The notes under the pieces are model-generated. The model was not told where the DNA came from and did no database searches. It saw only the letters and a list, made by a program, of their open reading frames with translations. A stretch of DNA of 64,000 nt from Myxococcota bacterium (GTDB lineage: Bacteria; Myxococcota_A; UBA796; SXON01): contig JAZKFH010000015.1 of assembly GCA_040386535.1 (NCBI GenBank), positions 252,800-316,799 on the forward strand, in the 5' to 3' direction. This document shows positions 1 through 11,262 of this stretch, in pieces; the first letter of the stretch is position 1; each line of letters begins with the position of its first letter. The position numbers were made by a program, and so were the translations under genes.

Positions 1-2
1 CC

Positions 3-2225
3 ATCCTCGAGAAGACCGGCGCGAGCGCGCTGCGCCTGCCCGACAAGACCCCCGTCCCGCACGATCCCGACGCGGCATTGCTGGTGCACGGCTTCTATGC
101 GGCGCGGGTCGCCAGCGTCGTGACCGACACCCTGTCGCTCGACGTGGGGGGGCACCCGTGCACGGTCGACAAGGCCGGTGTGGACCGGATCGCGTCCGTG
201 CTGACGCGCGCCCGCACGGGAAGCGCGACGGCGAAGGCCGACGACACCGCCCGCACCGCACTCGTCGAGGCGCTCCCCGTCGGCGCGATCGTGCTCGCCA
301 GCGTGCGCGAGGCGGGGTTCTGCGATCTGGAGCTCCGGCCGCGCCTCCAGGGCGCCGCGGTCGTCCTCGAAGACGGCCAGGTGCGCGCGCTCGTCGGCGG
401 CAACGACAACCGCAACTTCAACCGCGCCTCGTCCGCCCAGCGCCAGTTCGGGAGCACGTGGAAGCCGGTGGTGTACCTCGCGGCGCTCCAGCTCGGCTGG
501 CTGCCGACGGACGTGCTCGACAACCGCCGCTCCGTCTTTCCCTTCCGCGACGTGTGGTACTACCCGCGCCCCGACCACCCGAGCGACGCGTTCGTGACGA
601 TGTCGATGGCCGGCGCGCGCTCGGAGAACCTCTCCAGCGTATGGCTCCTCGCGCACATCACCGATCCGCTCAACGCCGAGCAGGTGCGCCGCCTCGCGGG
701 CCTCGTGGGCCTGGCGAAGCGGCCGGACGAGTCGGACGAGGCGTTCCGCGTCCGCATGCGGGATGAAGAGGGGCTCCGCTCCTCGCCCGAGCGCTTCGAG
801 GAGCTCGCGTTCTCCGCCGCGCGGCGCGACGTGCTCTCCGGCCTCGCGTTCGGCCCCCACCCGGAGGACGCCGCCCCGCTCCGCTCGCTCCACCATGGCT
901 ACGGCTTCGCGGCCGAACGCGCCCGGGTCGCCCGCACCGCGGCGTCTCCCGAGCGGAGCGCGCGGCTCGCCACGTTGCAGGACAACTTCCTCGCGCTCGA
1001 GGAGGCCGTCGAGGACTGCCTGTCCGAGGTCGGCGCCGTCGGCCGCGATCCGGTCTCCGGCGCGTTGGCGTGTGGCGACGCGCCCGACGGGTGGGAGATG
1101 GTCGTCGAGCCCCTCGACGCCGACGCCGACTTCCTCGTCGAGGGCCGGGTGCACCGGTCGACGCTGCGGGATCTGCGAGCCGCCGTGGACCGCCATGTCG
1201 CGACGTTCTCGGGGCGCGACCCGTGGGACCCGGAGGTGCTCGCGTCGCATCCCGACTACCGCACGCTCGTCGGGATCCGGTACGTCACGCGGATGGTCGC
1301 CGCGCTCGGCGTAGACGCCGACCTGCCCGACGTCCTCTCGCTCCCGCTCGGCGCGGCCGACCTCACGTTGACCGACGCCGCGGCGCTCTACCAGGGCATG
1401 CTCCGCGGCGAGCGCTGGTCGTTCGTGGGCCAGGGCTACGACGAGGGGGCCGTGCCGGGCTTGCGGTCGTCGTTCGACCTGCCGGCGTCCCCGCCCGCGG
1501 CCGCGCTCGTGGCCGAGATCCGCGACGCCGCGGGCAACGTGCTCTACCGCGCCCTCCCGAAGGCGGAGCGCGTGATCGACGCCCGCAGCGGCGAGCTGAC
1601 GGGCGACATCCTCCGCAACGTCGTGCGGGTCGGCACGGGCCGGCGCGCGGCGGACGCGGTGCGGGTGAACGACCTCGCGGTGCCGCTCGCGGGGAAGACC
1701 GGCACGACCAACGACTACCGCAACGCCGCGTTCCTCGGGTTCGCGCCGCGCGCCCGGAACGGCGGATACGCCTGGGGGGACGGCTACACCGTCGCGACCT
1801 ACGTCGGCTACGACGACAACACTTCGATGCGACGCGGCAGCTTCAAGGTGCAAGGCGCCAACGGCGCGCTCCCGGTGTGGCTCGCGACCGTGCGGGGCCT
1901 CGAGCAGACCGGCATGTTGGGCGGCGCCGGCGGCACCGAGTACCTGCCGTCCGACGGGCTCGTGCGGGTCCCGGTCGAGGCCGGCACCGGGCTCGCGCGC
2001 GCGCCCGGCGACGGCCCCACGACGCTGGTGACGTCGGGGTCCGAGCGGCGCTTCGCCCCCTTCACGGAGTCGCCCTCGGTGGCGGACGCGGTCGCCGGCG
2101 GGAGCACGCCGCCTCCGCCCTCGGCGGACGGGCCGGGCCTCGATCTGTTGCCGGGGGATCTGGAGGAGGGGACCGAGCCCGCGAACCCCGGCACGACGGA
2201 GCGGAGCGTATGGGACGGCCTGTGA
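3..2225 (+). CDS. Penicillin-binding protein (PBP1A-like) transpeptidase region, 5'-truncated by the window edge
   Basis: Frame is open from base 3. Motifs SxxK (RQFGSTWKP), SxN (RSENL), KTG (AGKTGTTND) and YVGYDD. Confidence 0.85.
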   Translation: MLEKTGASALRLPDKTPVPHDPDAALLVHGFYAARVASVVTDTLSLDVGGHPCTVDKAGVDRIASVLTRARTGSATAKADDTARTALVEALPVGAIVLASVREAGFCDLELRPRLQGAAVVLEDGQVRALVGGNDNRNFNRASSAQRQFGSTWKPVVYLAALQLGWLPTDVLDNRRSVFPFRDVWYYPRPDHPSDAFVTMSMAGARSENLSSVWLLAHITDPLNAEQVRRLAGLVGLAKRPDESDEAFRVRMRDEEGLRSSPERFEELAFSAARRDVLSGLAFGPHPEDAAPLRSLHHGYGFAAERARVARTAASPERSARLATLQDNFLALEEAVEDCLSEVGAVGRDPVSGALACGDAPDGWEMVVEPLDADADFLVEGRVHRSTLRDLRAAVDRHVATFSGRDPWDPEVLASHPDYRTLVGIRYVTRMVAALGVDADLPDVLSLPLGAADLTLTDAAALYQGMLRGERWSFVGQGYDEGAVPGLRSSFDLPASPPAAALVAEIRDAAGNVLYRALPKAERVIDARSGELTGDILRNVVRVGTGRRAADAVRVNDLAVPLAGKTGTTNDYRNAAFLGFAPRARNGGYAWGDGYTVATYVGYDDNTSMRRGSFKVQGANGALPVWLATVRGLEQTGMLGGAGGTEYLPSDGLVRVPVEAGTGLARAPGDGPTTLVTSGSERRFAPFTESPSVADAVAGGSTPPPPSADGPGLDLLPGDLEEGTEPANPGTTERSVWDGL

Positions 2226-2243
2226 CGCGATAGGAGGTAGGCC

Positions 2244-3002
2244 ATGTCGATTCTGTACTGGATCCCGTTGATGATCGGATGCGCGGCCGTGCCGACCCCG
2301 GCGCCCGTCGCCGGTGGGGACGGGACCGTGCTCGCCACCTCCGCCGGCCCTCCCGCGGTCAGCTTCGTCCCGCTCGAGGAGCGCGTGAACGTGCTGGTCG
2401 CCGAGGCGCAGGACACCGATCGCCGCGACCGACTGATGGCCGCGCGCGAGCTGATGCAGACCATGCGCAACAAGGACGCGATCGCCCAGCGCAAGGTCTA
2501 CGACTACCTCGACGCCGTGCTCAAGATCGAGGAGCGCGCGCGCCCCGCGTCCATGGGCATGGAGCCCATCGGCGTGCCCATCGAGGAGGAGACCCTCGGG
2601 ACCCCGAACCCGCCGCTCCCGGGCGTGCAGCCGCCCCTCCCGCCGCTGACGCCGCCGGTAGATCCGGCGCCCACCGTCGCGACCGCGCGCGCCGCCCTGG
2701 CCGAGGCCCGCTACCTCGACGCCGTCTCCCTGCTCCAAGGCGTCACGACGCCCGAGGCCTCCACGCTCCGCAAGGAGGCGGTCGACGGCTGGGCGCGCAC
2801 GGAGCGCGAGCGCGCCGGGCACATGTTCCTCGAGGCCCGGCAGCTGGCGCCCGGCGGCGAGCGGATCGCGTCCCTGCGCGCGGCCCGGAGCGCCCTGGCG
2901 GCCATCAACGAGCGCTTCCCGGACAACATGTACGCCGCGCAGATCGCCGAGAACATCGCCAAGGTCGACGCCGACCTTGCCGCCGTCGGAGCACGCCCGT
3001 GA
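2244..3002 (+). CDS. Hypothetical lipoprotein with Pro-rich linker and helical/TPR-like C-terminus
   Basis: AGGAGG RBS near 2232; lipobox-like LMIGC; TGA overlaps the next GTG. Confidence 0.65.
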   Translation: MSILYWIPLMIGCAAVPTPAPVAGGDGTVLATSAGPPAVSFVPLEERVNVLVAEAQDTDRRDRLMAARELMQTMRNKDAIAQRKVYDYLDAVLKIEERARPASMGMEPIGVPIEEETLGTPNPPLPGVQPPLPPLTPPVDPAPTVATARAALAEARYLDAVSLLQGVTTPEASTLRKEAVDGWARTERERAGHMFLEARQLAPGGERIASLRAARSALAAINERFPDNMYAAQIAENIAKVDADLAAVGARP

Positions 3003-3838
3003 ACGACATCCTCGCCGAGTGGGCCGCCCCGCGCCTCGCCGTCTTCGAGGCGGCGCTCCTGCGCACGTTCTCCGACGCCCTGCCCGCGACGCTGCGCGAG
3101 GCCTGCCTCTACCCGCTCCAGACCGGCGGCAAGCGCGTGCGCCCGCTGCTGGCGCTCGCGGCCTGCGAGGCCGTCGGGGGAGACTGGCAAGCCGCGGTCC
3201 CGGCAGCCGTCGCCGTGGAGCTGCTCCACACCTACTCGCTCGTACACGACGATCTGCCGTGTATGGACGACGACGATGTCCGGCGGGGCCGGCCCACGGT
3301 GCACGTGGTCTACGGCGAGAACGTGGCCGTGCTCGTCGGGGACGCGCTGTTGACCGAGGCCTTCACCGTGCTCGGGAGCGCCGGGTACGCGCCCGCGCTG
3401 GGGATGCGGCTGGTCTGCGAGCTCGCGCGCGCGGGCGGCGCCGGCGGGATGATCGCGGGCCAGGCCTTCGACATCGGGATGGACGGGCCGGTGCGTGAGC
3501 TGGAGCCCCTTCTCCGGCTGCATCGCAACAAGACCGGCGCGTTGATCCGCTGCGCGGTGCGTATGGGCGGGCTCTGCGGCGGCGCGACCCACCTGGACGC
3601 GCTCGATGCCTACGGGGACGCCGTGGGCCTCGCGTTCCAGGTGCACGACGACGTGCTCGACGCCGACCAGGACGCCGACGATGGAGGTCCGCCGAGCTTC
3701 GTGAAGCTGCTCGGCGTCGAGGCGACCCGGCAGGCGGCCGTCGCCCACGCGGATCGGGCGGCGACCGTCATCGCCGGGCTCGCGCAGGCCGACGCGTTGC
3801 GTGGCCTCGCCCGGTTCACGGTCGAGCGGTCCATCTGA
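2999..3838 (+). CDS. ispA: Polyprenyl (farnesyl/geranylgeranyl) diphosphate synthase
   Basis: [49 protein letters not shown] start at 2999 via GTGA overlap. Confidence 0.9.
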   Translation: MNDILAEWAAPRLAVFEAALLRTFSDALPATLREACLYPLQTGGKRVRPLLALAACEAVGGDWQAAVPAAVAVELLHTYSLVHDDLPCMDDDDVRRGRPTVHVVYGENVAVLVGDALLTEAFTVLGSAGYAPALGMRLVCELARAGGAGGMIAGQAFDIGMDGPVRELEPLLRLHRNKTGALIRCAVRMGGLCGGATHLDALDAYGDAVGLAFQVHDDVLDADQDADDGGPPSFVKLLGVEATRQAAVAHADRAATVIAGLAQADALRGLARFTVERSI

Positions 3839-3840
3839 AC

Positions 3841-4593
3841 GTGCCGCCGTCGCGACGAGAGCGCCTCGACGACGCGCTGGTGTCGCGCGGCCTCGCGGAG
3901 ACCCAGCAACGCGCCCGGGGCCTCGTGGCCGCCGGCGAGGTGCTCGTCGACGAGGTGCCGTGCGACAAGCCGGCCGCGCCGGTGCGCCCCGACCAGGCGG
4001 TCCGCCTGCGTTCGGCCCCCCTCCGCTACGTCTCGCGCGGGGGGCTCAAGCTCGAAGCGGCCTTCGACACCTGGCCCGTCGATCCGACCGGTCGCGCGTG
4101 TGTCGACCTCGGCGCCTCCACTGGTGGCTTCACCGACTGCCTGCTCCAACGTGGCGCGGCGCGGGTGTACGCGGTCGACGTGGGGTACGGCCAGCTCGCA
4201 TGGAAGCTGCGCCAGGACCCGCGTGTCGTCGTGATGGAGCGGACGAACGCACGGCGCATCGACAGCTTTCCCGAGCCCATCTCCCTGCTCGTCGGGGACC
4301 TCTCGTTCATCTCCCTCACCCTCGTGCTCCCGACGATCCGCCGGCTCGTGGCGCCGACCGGCGAGGCCGTCCTGCTCGTGAAGCCGCAGTTCGAGGTCGC
4401 CGCCTCGGCCATCGGCAAGGGGGGCCTCGTGGAGGACGAGGACGCGATCGTGGCGGCGTTGGCGGCGGTGTCGGCGGCGGCAGAACGTTGCGATTTCAAG
4501 GTGCTGGCCACGCTGGAGAGCCCCGTGCCCGGCGCCAAGGCGGGCAACCGCGAATGGCTGCTCTGGCTGGGCGCGCCGGCCGTGGTATCGTGA
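3841..4593 (+). CDS. tlyA: TlyA-family rRNA 2'-O-methyltransferase
   Basis: N-terminal S4-like RLD..LV..GL, YVSRGGLKL, DLGASTGGFTD, LVKPQFE, GNREW. Confidence 0.93.
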   Translation: MPPSRRERLDDALVSRGLAETQQRARGLVAAGEVLVDEVPCDKPAAPVRPDQAVRLRSAPLRYVSRGGLKLEAAFDTWPVDPTGRACVDLGASTGGFTDCLLQRGAARVYAVDVGYGQLAWKLRQDPRVVVMERTNARRIDSFPEPISLLVGDLSFISLTLVLPTIRRLVAPTGEAVLLVKPQFEVAASAIGKGGLVEDEDAIVAALAAVSAAAERCDFKVLATLESPVPGAKAGNREWLLWLGAPAVVS

Positions 4594-4615
4594 CCGCCGC
4601 TTCGAGGCGCCGCCC

Positions 4616-6571
4616 GTGATGAGTCTCCGTCCCTGCCTGCAGGCCCCCGCCTTGCTCCTCCTCCTCGGCCTCGGGGCGTGTTCCTGGGTGGGAGACGCCG
4701 ACTTCGAAGCCCGCCAGAAGGAGGTCGACGACGATGCTGACGGGGTGCCCGCCGCGTCCGACTGCGACGATCTCGATCCCACCATCTCTCCCGCGCTGCC
4801 GGAGATCTGGTACGACGGCATCGATCAGCGCTGCGACGGGGGCGACGACTACGACCAGGATCTTGACGGCTACGTGGCGAACGCGGATGTCGGCAAGGCG
4901 ACCGAGGGCGTGGCGGGAACCGGCGCCTTGCCCGGCAACGACTGTGACGACACCGCGCCCCGGGTGAGCCCGCAGCAGCCCGACACCTGGTACGACGGGC
5001 AGGACCAGGATTGTGACGGCGCGGACGACTACGATCAGGACGGGGACGGGTTCGTGGACGACGCCTACGTCGGCCTCGCGACCACCTACGCCACCGGCAC
5101 CGGGTCGCTGCCCGGCGGGGACTGCGACGATCTGCTGCCCGTCATCTCGCCCGACGCCGTGGACGAGTGGTACGACGGCATCGACGCCGACTGCGGCGGC
5201 GAGGACGACTGGGATCAGGACGGGGACGGCTTCGTCCCGCTGGATCGGTACGCCGAGTACCAGCCCACCACCTACGCGACCGGCACCGGCAACCTCCCCA
5301 ACGGCGACTGTGACGACCTCGACGCCGGCATCAACCCGACCGCCGTGGACGAGTGGTACGACGCCGAGGACTCCGACTGTCGCGGAGACGACGACTTCGA
5401 CCAGGACCTGGACGGCTTCTCGGATCCACGCGGCGGCGGAGCCGACTGTGATGACGGCGACCCGGAGATCTACCCCGGCGGCCTGGAGACCCTCGGGGAC
5501 GGCGATGATGCCGATTGTGACGGCGGGATCGACACCTTCTCGCTCGACGCGGTCGCGGGCTTCACCTGGGTCGGCCCGCATACGCCCGTGTTCGACGAGT
5601 CGACCGACCGGGTGTACCTGTCCATCGCGGCGCGCGAGATCGACACCGGCTCCTCGCACTACCACGACAGCGCCGTGGCCCTGTTGTGGGAGAGCGCGGA
5701 CCCGGGCGACGGGCGGGACGGCGTGGCCGCGTGGAGCGCGAGCACGACCGACTCCTCCGAGTACTCGATCGGCGCGGGGCAGGGGTTCATCGCGCGGGAC
5801 GACTACCTGTACGGCGTCATCGGCCTCGACTACGTCGACAGCCGCGCGTTGCGCCTGGTCCGCTACGACCTGACGACCGGCTCCCGGTTCGCCGCCAACG
5901 CGAACGGCGCCGACGGCCTCGCCGCGTACGACGACATCTCGATCGCCCTCGACGCGGACGGCGCCCTCCACGCCGTGGCGTGTGACGACGACACCGAGGT
6001 GCTCCAGTACGTGCGCGTCCCGTCCACCTTCTCGGGGGGCTTCTCGGCGGACGTGGAGACGCCGGGCGTCGGCGCCGCGGACTGCGCCATCGACCTGCAC
6101 GACCCCGCCGCCGGGCACATCTTCACCTCGGAGCGCGGCGGCGTGTGGGACTACACGTTCGACCTCGCCTCCGAGGATCCCGTGTTCACGGGCGCCGAGT
6201 ACACGACGGCGTACGCGCCGCTCGACCTCGACATCCCGGTCGACTGGGCCGAGCGCGTGCTCGTCATCGCGGACGCCACGACGGACAGCGTCGTGCTGCT
6301 CGATGCGCTCGGCGCGGAGACGATCGTGGCGGGATCGGTGCCGCTCGAGGTCGATGTCTTCGAGGACACCGGCGGGGACCTCTACGTGGCCTACGTCACC
6401 GCGGGCGGCGAGGCCCACATGGCGTGGGGCTCGGCCTCCGCGGGCTACACCCAGATCGACCTCGCCGCGCCCTTCGCCGTCACCGACGTCTCGGTGTGGG
6501 TGAGCAACGGGTACGTCATGTACGCGGCGGTCGGCGCGGACGATGTCGCGGTGGGGCTCGCCCGCTTCTGA
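4616..6571 (+). CDS. Lipoprotein with five putative metal-binding (MopE-type) repeats and a beta-rich C-terminal domain
   Basis: Lipobox LGAC; five CDD-x(15-16)-DGxDxxCxG-like units such as CDDLDPTISPALPEIWYDGIDQRCDG. Confidence 0.8.
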   Translation: MMSLRPCLQAPALLLLLGLGACSWVGDADFEARQKEVDDDADGVPAASDCDDLDPTISPALPEIWYDGIDQRCDGGDDYDQDLDGYVANADVGKATEGVAGTGALPGNDCDDTAPRVSPQQPDTWYDGQDQDCDGADDYDQDGDGFVDDAYVGLATTYATGTGSLPGGDCDDLLPVISPDAVDEWYDGIDADCGGEDDWDQDGDGFVPLDRYAEYQPTTYATGTGNLPNGDCDDLDAGINPTAVDEWYDAEDSDCRGDDDFDQDLDGFSDPRGGGADCDDGDPEIYPGGLETLGDGDDADCDGGIDTFSLDAVAGFTWVGPHTPVFDESTDRVYLSIAAREIDTGSSHYHDSAVALLWESADPGDGRDGVAAWSASTTDSSEYSIGAGQGFIARDDYLYGVIGLDYVDSRALRLVRYDLTTGSRFAANANGADGLAAYDDISIALDADGALHAVACDDDTEVLQYVRVPSTFSGGFSADVETPGVGAADCAIDLHDPAAGHIFTSERGGVWDYTFDLASEDPVFTGAEYTTAYAPLDLDIPVDWAERVLVIADATTDSVVLLDALGAETIVAGSVPLEVDVFEDTGGDLYVAYVTAGGEAHMAWGSASAGYTQIDLAAPFAVTDVSVWVSNGYVMYAAVGADDVAVGLARF

Positions 6572-6586
6572 GCGCGCCGCCCGGCG

Positions 6587-9115
6587 TCAGTCCGGAACGG
6601 CCGTGACGGCGGGCCCGCTGTCGTCCCCGAGGATGTACAGGTCGCGCTGGGTACGCAGGCCCGCGCGGTCCTCGGCGACGATCACGTAGCGGTTCGTCCC
6701 GGCCACGACCGGCAGGACGAGGTCGAGATCGGCGCGGCGCCCGGTGGCGGCCCGCCACGCGATCTTCTCGCGGTCGTGGTCGACCGTGGGCGTCGCGCGC
6801 TGGCGGTTCATCGTCTCCGGGCCGGCGTAGACGACCACGTGGTCGAGCCCGCGGTCGTCGCTCGCGCGGACGCGGAGGTGGGTGGACCCCACCGGGAGCA
6901 CGGTCGGCGGATCGGCGACGATCAGGGTCGGGGCCTCCAGGCGCAGGGCCCCGCCGTTGCGGGGGAGCGCGAGCTCCCAGGTCGCGAGGCGTTGCCGCTC
7001 GCCGCTCACCGTGACGTCGAGCGGGAGGGTGTCGCCGTCCCATGACGGATCGAGCCGGAGGCGCAGCTCGAGGCGCGCGGTGCCCCGGGCGGCGGCGGAC
7101 ACCGACTCGCTCACCGCGTCGACGAGCTCGATGCCATCGACGTTCGGGAAGGCGACCCTCGCTTCGAGCGCGGGGAGGAGCCGGTCGGTGCGGTTCTCCA
7201 CGTCGAGCGCGATGCGCAGCTCGTTCGGCGTGCCGCTCGGGAGGGCCCGCGCGGTGACGGCGAGGGCGGGGAGGGGCGCGCCCGCGATGGTGATCTCATG
7301 GGGGAGGAGCGTGCGCGACGAGATGCCGTCCGCCTCGAGCAGCACCCCCACGCGGTCCGTGCGGGTGGCGTGGCCCCGATCGAGCGACACGGTGACGGTG
7401 CCGGTGCGGGACGCGCCGCGCTCCAGCCGGCCGAGGGGCAGCACGAGGTCATCCCAGGTCGGGTTGACCGACTCGAGGCGCACGGCCGCGCGGTACAACG
7501 TGGGCCCGCGGTTGGTGACGGTCGCGACGAGCTGTGTCGTCTGCCCGGCCGCGGGTTGGGTGGAGGCGCTCCAGCGCACCTCGACCACGGGCTCACCATC
7601 CGGCGGCGCGGGGGCCGCCCGCCAGTCGATCCCTCGCTCCTGGAACGCGGCGGCGACCTTGGCACCCTCGGCGGCCGCGAGGCTCGGTTCGAGCGTGCGG
7701 GCCGCGGCGAGCAGGTCCTGGCGCGTGTTTCCGGAGGCGGCTGCCACCACGGCGGCGGCGACCTCGAGGGCGCTGTCGTCCCCCGAGGTGTGGCGGAGGA
7801 TGGGCGTGCCGGGCCGGAGGCGCCGCCGCTCGCGGACGGGGGAGGGGTACCACGCGCCCCCCTCGTCGAACCGCACGGCTTCGAGCGCGATGTCCGGGAC
7901 GAGGCCGATGTCGGCGACGCGGGTGCCGCCGTCGAGCAGGTACTCGGCGACCGTGAGCTTCAGCTTGATCTCGGGATCGACCTGGTAGACCTTCTGGACG
8001 GTGCCCTTGCCGAACGAGGTCGCGCCGACGAGCACCGCGCGGTCGAGCTTCGCGAGCGCCCCGGCGAGGATCTCCGACCCGGACGCGGTCGAGTGGTCCA
8101 TGAGGACCGCGATGGGCATCGTGTAGCCGGGGCTCTCGGGGTGGGCTTCGAGCCGCGGCACCAGCCCGCGCACCGGCGCCCCGCCCCTGCCCACCGTGCT
8201 CACGATGAGCCCCGCTTGCAGGAACGTGTCAGCGGCCTGGGCCGACTGGAGCAGCGAGCCGCCGGTGTTGCCGCGCAGGTCGATGATGAGCCCCTGCTCG
8301 AGCCCGCCGGTCGCCGCGAGCTCCGCGAGGGCCTCCGCGAGGTAGGTCCGGGTCTGCTCGGAGAAGTGCCCGATGGTGACGACGCCGATGCCGCGCGGGC
8401 CGCGGGAGGCCTCGACGTTGCGGATCGTCAGCTCCTCTCGCCGCAGGCCGAGCGCGACGCGGGTGGCGCCGCGGAGCACGCCGAGCGTCACGGTGGTGCC
8501 GACGGGGCCGCGGATCCTGTCCGTCGCATCCGCGGGGATCATGCCGACGGTGGAGACCCCGTCGATCGTGAGCAGCCGGTCGTTCGCTTGCAGCCCACCG
8601 CGGGCGGCCGGGCCGCCGGCGACCAGGTCCCGCACGAACAGACCGTCCTCCCCGAGGCTGATCGTCGCGCCGACGCCGGAGAGGGTGCCCGACAGGCGCT
8701 CGTCGAAGCGCTCCAGGCCGTCCGCGTGGAGCACCACGGAGTGCCGATCGAGCGACTTGACCGCGCCTCGCAGGATCTCCACGCGCAGGTCGATCTCCGG
8801 GTCGAGGGGGAGGCCCGCGCTCCGAACCGCGTCCTCCAACCTCGCCAATGCCGGGCCGAGCTCCCCGCCGTCGAGGCTGACGGTGGCCTGCCACTCCCCG
8901 TGGCCGTCCCGCAGGGAGACCACGCCCCGGGACGTGTCGGTCAGCAGCCACTCGACCCGGCTCTCCAGATGATCCGCGGCGCCGGCCAGCATCTGGTCGG
9001 GGCTGAGCGTCTCCGGGCGGAGGTAGTGGTCATCGATGAGCTGCAGCGCCCGATCGTAGAGCGCCAGATCCCCGGCGGACGCGACGGGGGCAAAGAGGGC
9101 GAGGAGCGGCAGCAT
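6587..9115 (-). CDS. S41-family carboxyl-terminal protease (PDZ + peptidase + long C-terminal Ig-like extension)
   Basis: Signal peptide MLPLLALFAPVASA; PDZ SGVGATI; IIDLRGNTGG, TASGSEILAGAL, SFGKGTVQ. Only the distal part of ORF 6587..11134 is used. Confidence 0.88.
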   Translation of the reverse strand: MLPLLALFAPVASAGDLALYDRALQLIDDHYLRPETLSPDQMLAGAADHLESRVEWLLTDTSRGVVSLRDGHGEWQATVSLDGGELGPALARLEDAVRSAGLPLDPEIDLRVEILRGAVKSLDRHSVVLHADGLERFDERLSGTLSGVGATISLGEDGLFVRDLVAGGPAARGGLQANDRLLTIDGVSTVGMIPADATDRIRGPVGTTVTLGVLRGATRVALGLRREELTIRNVEASRGPRGIGVVTIGHFSEQTRTYLAEALAELAATGGLEQGLIIDLRGNTGGSLLQSAQAADTFLQAGLIVSTVGRGGAPVRGLVPRLEAHPESPGYTMPIAVLMDHSTASGSEILAGALAKLDRAVLVGATSFGKGTVQKVYQVDPEIKLKLTVAEYLLDGGTRVADIGLVPDIALEAVRFDEGGAWYPSPVRERRRLRPGTPILRHTSGDDSALEVAAAVVAAASGNTRQDLLAAARTLEPSLAAAEGAKVAAAFQERGIDWRAAPAPPDGEPVVEVRWSASTQPAAGQTTQLVATVTNRGPTLYRAAVRLESVNPTWDDLVLPLGRLERGASRTGTVTVSLDRGHATRTDRVGVLLEADGISSRTLLPHEITIAGAPLPALAVTARALPSGTPNELRIALDVENRTDRLLPALEARVAFPNVDGIELVDAVSESVSAAARGTARLELRLRLDPSWDGDTLPLDVTVSGERQRLATWELALPRNGGALRLEAPTLIVADPPTVLPVGSTHLRVRASDDRGLDHVVVYAGPETMNRQRATPTVDHDREKIAWRAATGRRADLDLVLPVVAGTNRYVIVAEDRAGLRTQRDLYILGDDSGPAVTAVPD

Positions 9116-9154
9116 CACGCGACACACAGGGTATATGACGCCGAGGGGATTGCC

Positions 9155-9916
9155 GTGGACCGCGTGGCTGTACTGGAACTTTTGGACGCCGTTCGGGACG
9201 GGCGTACCGATGTGGAGGTCGCGATCGAGCGCCTCTCCGTCCCGGCCGTCACGCTCGCCTACGCCACGGTGGACGTGCATCGGGCGCTCCGCACCGGGGT
9301 GCCCGAGGTCATCTACGGGGCCGGCAAGACCGCGGCCCAGATCGCCGGCATCCTCCAGGCGCTGCACGAGCGCGGGCAGGACGGCCTCGTGACCCGCATC
9401 GAGGCCGACAAGGCCGCGTCCGTCATCGCGACCTTCCCCGACGTGGCCTTCGCGTGGTCGGCCGACGCGCGGGTCCTCGTCTCGCGTCTGGGGCCGGAGC
9501 CCGAGCTCGTGGGCCGCATCGCCGTCGTGAGCGCCGGCACGAGCGACTTTCCGGTCGGCGAGGAGGCCGCGGTCGTCGCGGAGGCCCTCGGAAACCACGT
9601 CGTGCGCATCGCGGACGTGGGGGTGGCCGGGGTCCACCGGGTGCTCGCCCAGGTCGACCTGCTGCGCGGCATGCGCGTCATCATCGTGGTCGCGGGGATG
9701 GACGGCGCGCTGCCGGGCCTCGTGGCGGGCCTCGTGCGCGTGCCGGTGATCGCGGTGCCGACGAGCGTCGGCTACGGCGCCAGCTTCGGCGGCATCGCCG
9801 CGCTGCTCACGATGCTCAACGCGTGCTCCCCCGGCGTCACGGTCGTCAACATCGACAACGGCTTCGGCGCCGCCTACCAGGCCTCGCTCATCAACCAGCT
9901 CGAGCGGTTGCGCTAG
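9155..9916 (+). CDS. larB: Nickel-pincer cofactor biosynthesis protein LarB (PurE-like)
   Basis: PEVIYGAGKT, SAGTSD, ADVGVAG, VAGMDGAL, PTSVGYGA, VVNIDNGFGAA; GAGGGG precedes GTG 9155. Confidence 0.92.
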   Translation: MDRVAVLELLDAVRDGRTDVEVAIERLSVPAVTLAYATVDVHRALRTGVPEVIYGAGKTAAQIAGILQALHERGQDGLVTRIEADKAASVIATFPDVAFAWSADARVLVSRLGPEPELVGRIAVVSAGTSDFPVGEEAAVVAEALGNHVVRIADVGVAGVHRVLAQVDLLRGMRVIIVVAGMDGALPGLVAGLVRVPVIAVPTSVGYGASFGGIAALLTMLNACSPGVTVVNIDNGFGAAYQASLINQLERLR

Positions 9917-11254
9917 GTGGGGCGCGTCCTCTTCCTCGACTGCTTCGCGGGCATCGCCGGCGACATGACGGTCGCCGCCCTGCTCCACGCCGGCGCCCCG
10001 CTGGAGGACGTGCTCGCCCAGGTGCGCGCGCTCCCCGTGTGGGGCTGGGACGCGCGGATCGAGAAGGTGCACCGCGGCGCCTACGCGGCCACGCGGTTCG
10101 TGGTGGAGCCGACCGGCGCGCCGGAGGAGTCGGGGTCGGGAGACGGGCACGATCACGGGCATTCCCACGACCATGGTCACGGGCACGCTCACGGATCCGA
10201 TCACGATCACGCGCCCACGGGTGACGGAGACGGCGGAGCGGCCCCCGATCCCTGGGTGGGCCAGCCCCCGCGCACGTGGCGGACGATCCGCCGCATGCTC
10301 GAGCAGGCGCGGCTCCGGCCCCGGGTGCGTGCACGTTCGCTCGCGACGTTCGCCGTGCTCGCCGAGGCCGAGGCCCGCGTGCACGGCACCGCCGTGGACG
10401 ATGTCGCCTTCCACGAGGTGGGCGCGGTCGACTCGATCGTGGACATCGTCGCCGCGTGCGCCGCGATGGAGTGCCTCGACGTCGACACGATCGTCGCCTC
10501 GCCGCTGCCGATGGGGCACGGGCGCGTCCGCACGGCGCACGGGCTCCTGCCGGTGCCGGTGCCCGCTACGGTCGAGGTGTTGCGCGGCTTCCCGGTGGTG
10601 CCGTTCCCGTACGCGGGCGAGCTCGTCACGCCCACCGGCGCGGCCCTCGTGGCGGCGCTCGCGACCCCCGGCCACATGCCGGCGATGCGGGTGGAGCTCG
10701 TCGGCTACGGCGCCGGCACGCGGGATCCCGCCACCCACGCCAACGTCGTCCGGGCCGTCCTCGGCACGGGGGACGCGGGCGCCGAGGCCGAGATCGTCGA
10801 GCTGCGCGCACAGGTGGACGACCTGACCGGCGAGTCCGTGCCGGGCCTGATCGAGGCCCTGTTCGCCGCCGGCGCGGTCGACGCGTACGTGGCGCCGGTG
10901 ACGATGAAGAAGGGGCGCCCGGGCCTCGCCGTGACGGCCCTCGCGTCCGTCGGAGACCGCTTCGCCGTGGGCGAGGCGCTGATCCGCTACGCCGGCACGC
11001 TCGGCTACCGGTGGTCGGTGCACCCGCGCGAGGTCGCCGCCCGGCGCCTCGTGTCGGTGGACACGCCCTGGGGGCCGGTCCGCGTGAAGGTCGCCGAGCG
11101 GGACGGGCGCGTGGTGCACGCCGCCCCTGAGCACGAGGACTGCGCTCGCCTCGCGCTGGCCGAGGGGATCCCCGTCGCGGCGGTGCGCGGCGCCGCGTTG
11201 GCGGCCTGGGCCTCTTCCGACGCGGGCGCGTCGGGCTCCGATCGGGTGGGTTAG
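9917..11254 (+). CDS. larC: Nickel insertase LarC
   Basis: DCFAGIAGDM, His-rich tract, FHEVGAVDSIVD, ELVTPTGAA, MKKGRPG; directly follows larB. Confidence 0.93.
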   Translation: MGRVLFLDCFAGIAGDMTVAALLHAGAPLEDVLAQVRALPVWGWDARIEKVHRGAYAATRFVVEPTGAPEESGSGDGHDHGHSHDHGHGHAHGSDHDHAPTGDGDGGAAPDPWVGQPPRTWRTIRRMLEQARLRPRVRARSLATFAVLAEAEARVHGTAVDDVAFHEVGAVDSIVDIVAACAAMECLDVDTIVASPLPMGHGRVRTAHGLLPVPVPATVEVLRGFPVVPFPYAGELVTPTGAALVAALATPGHMPAMRVELVGYGAGTRDPATHANVVRAVLGTGDAGAEAEIVELRAQVDDLTGESVPGLIEALFAAGAVDAYVAPVTMKKGRPGLAVTALASVGDRFAVGEALIRYAGTLGYRWSVHPREVAARRLVSVDTPWGPVRVKVAERDGRVVHAAPEHEDCARLALAEGIPVAAVRGAALAAWASSDAGASGSDRVG

Positions 11255-11262
11255 TCGACCTC

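Noticed and set aside
10140..10212. His-rich low-complexity repeat
   Set aside because: Normal nickel-binding tract of LarC.
6587..11134. 1515-aa ORF and other very long ORFs (19714-23547, 27836-31807, 40791-44717, 56402-60298 full length)
   Set aside because: Shadow ORFs or upstream extensions antisense to well-supported genes, typical of high-GC DNA; only motif-bearing parts were kept.
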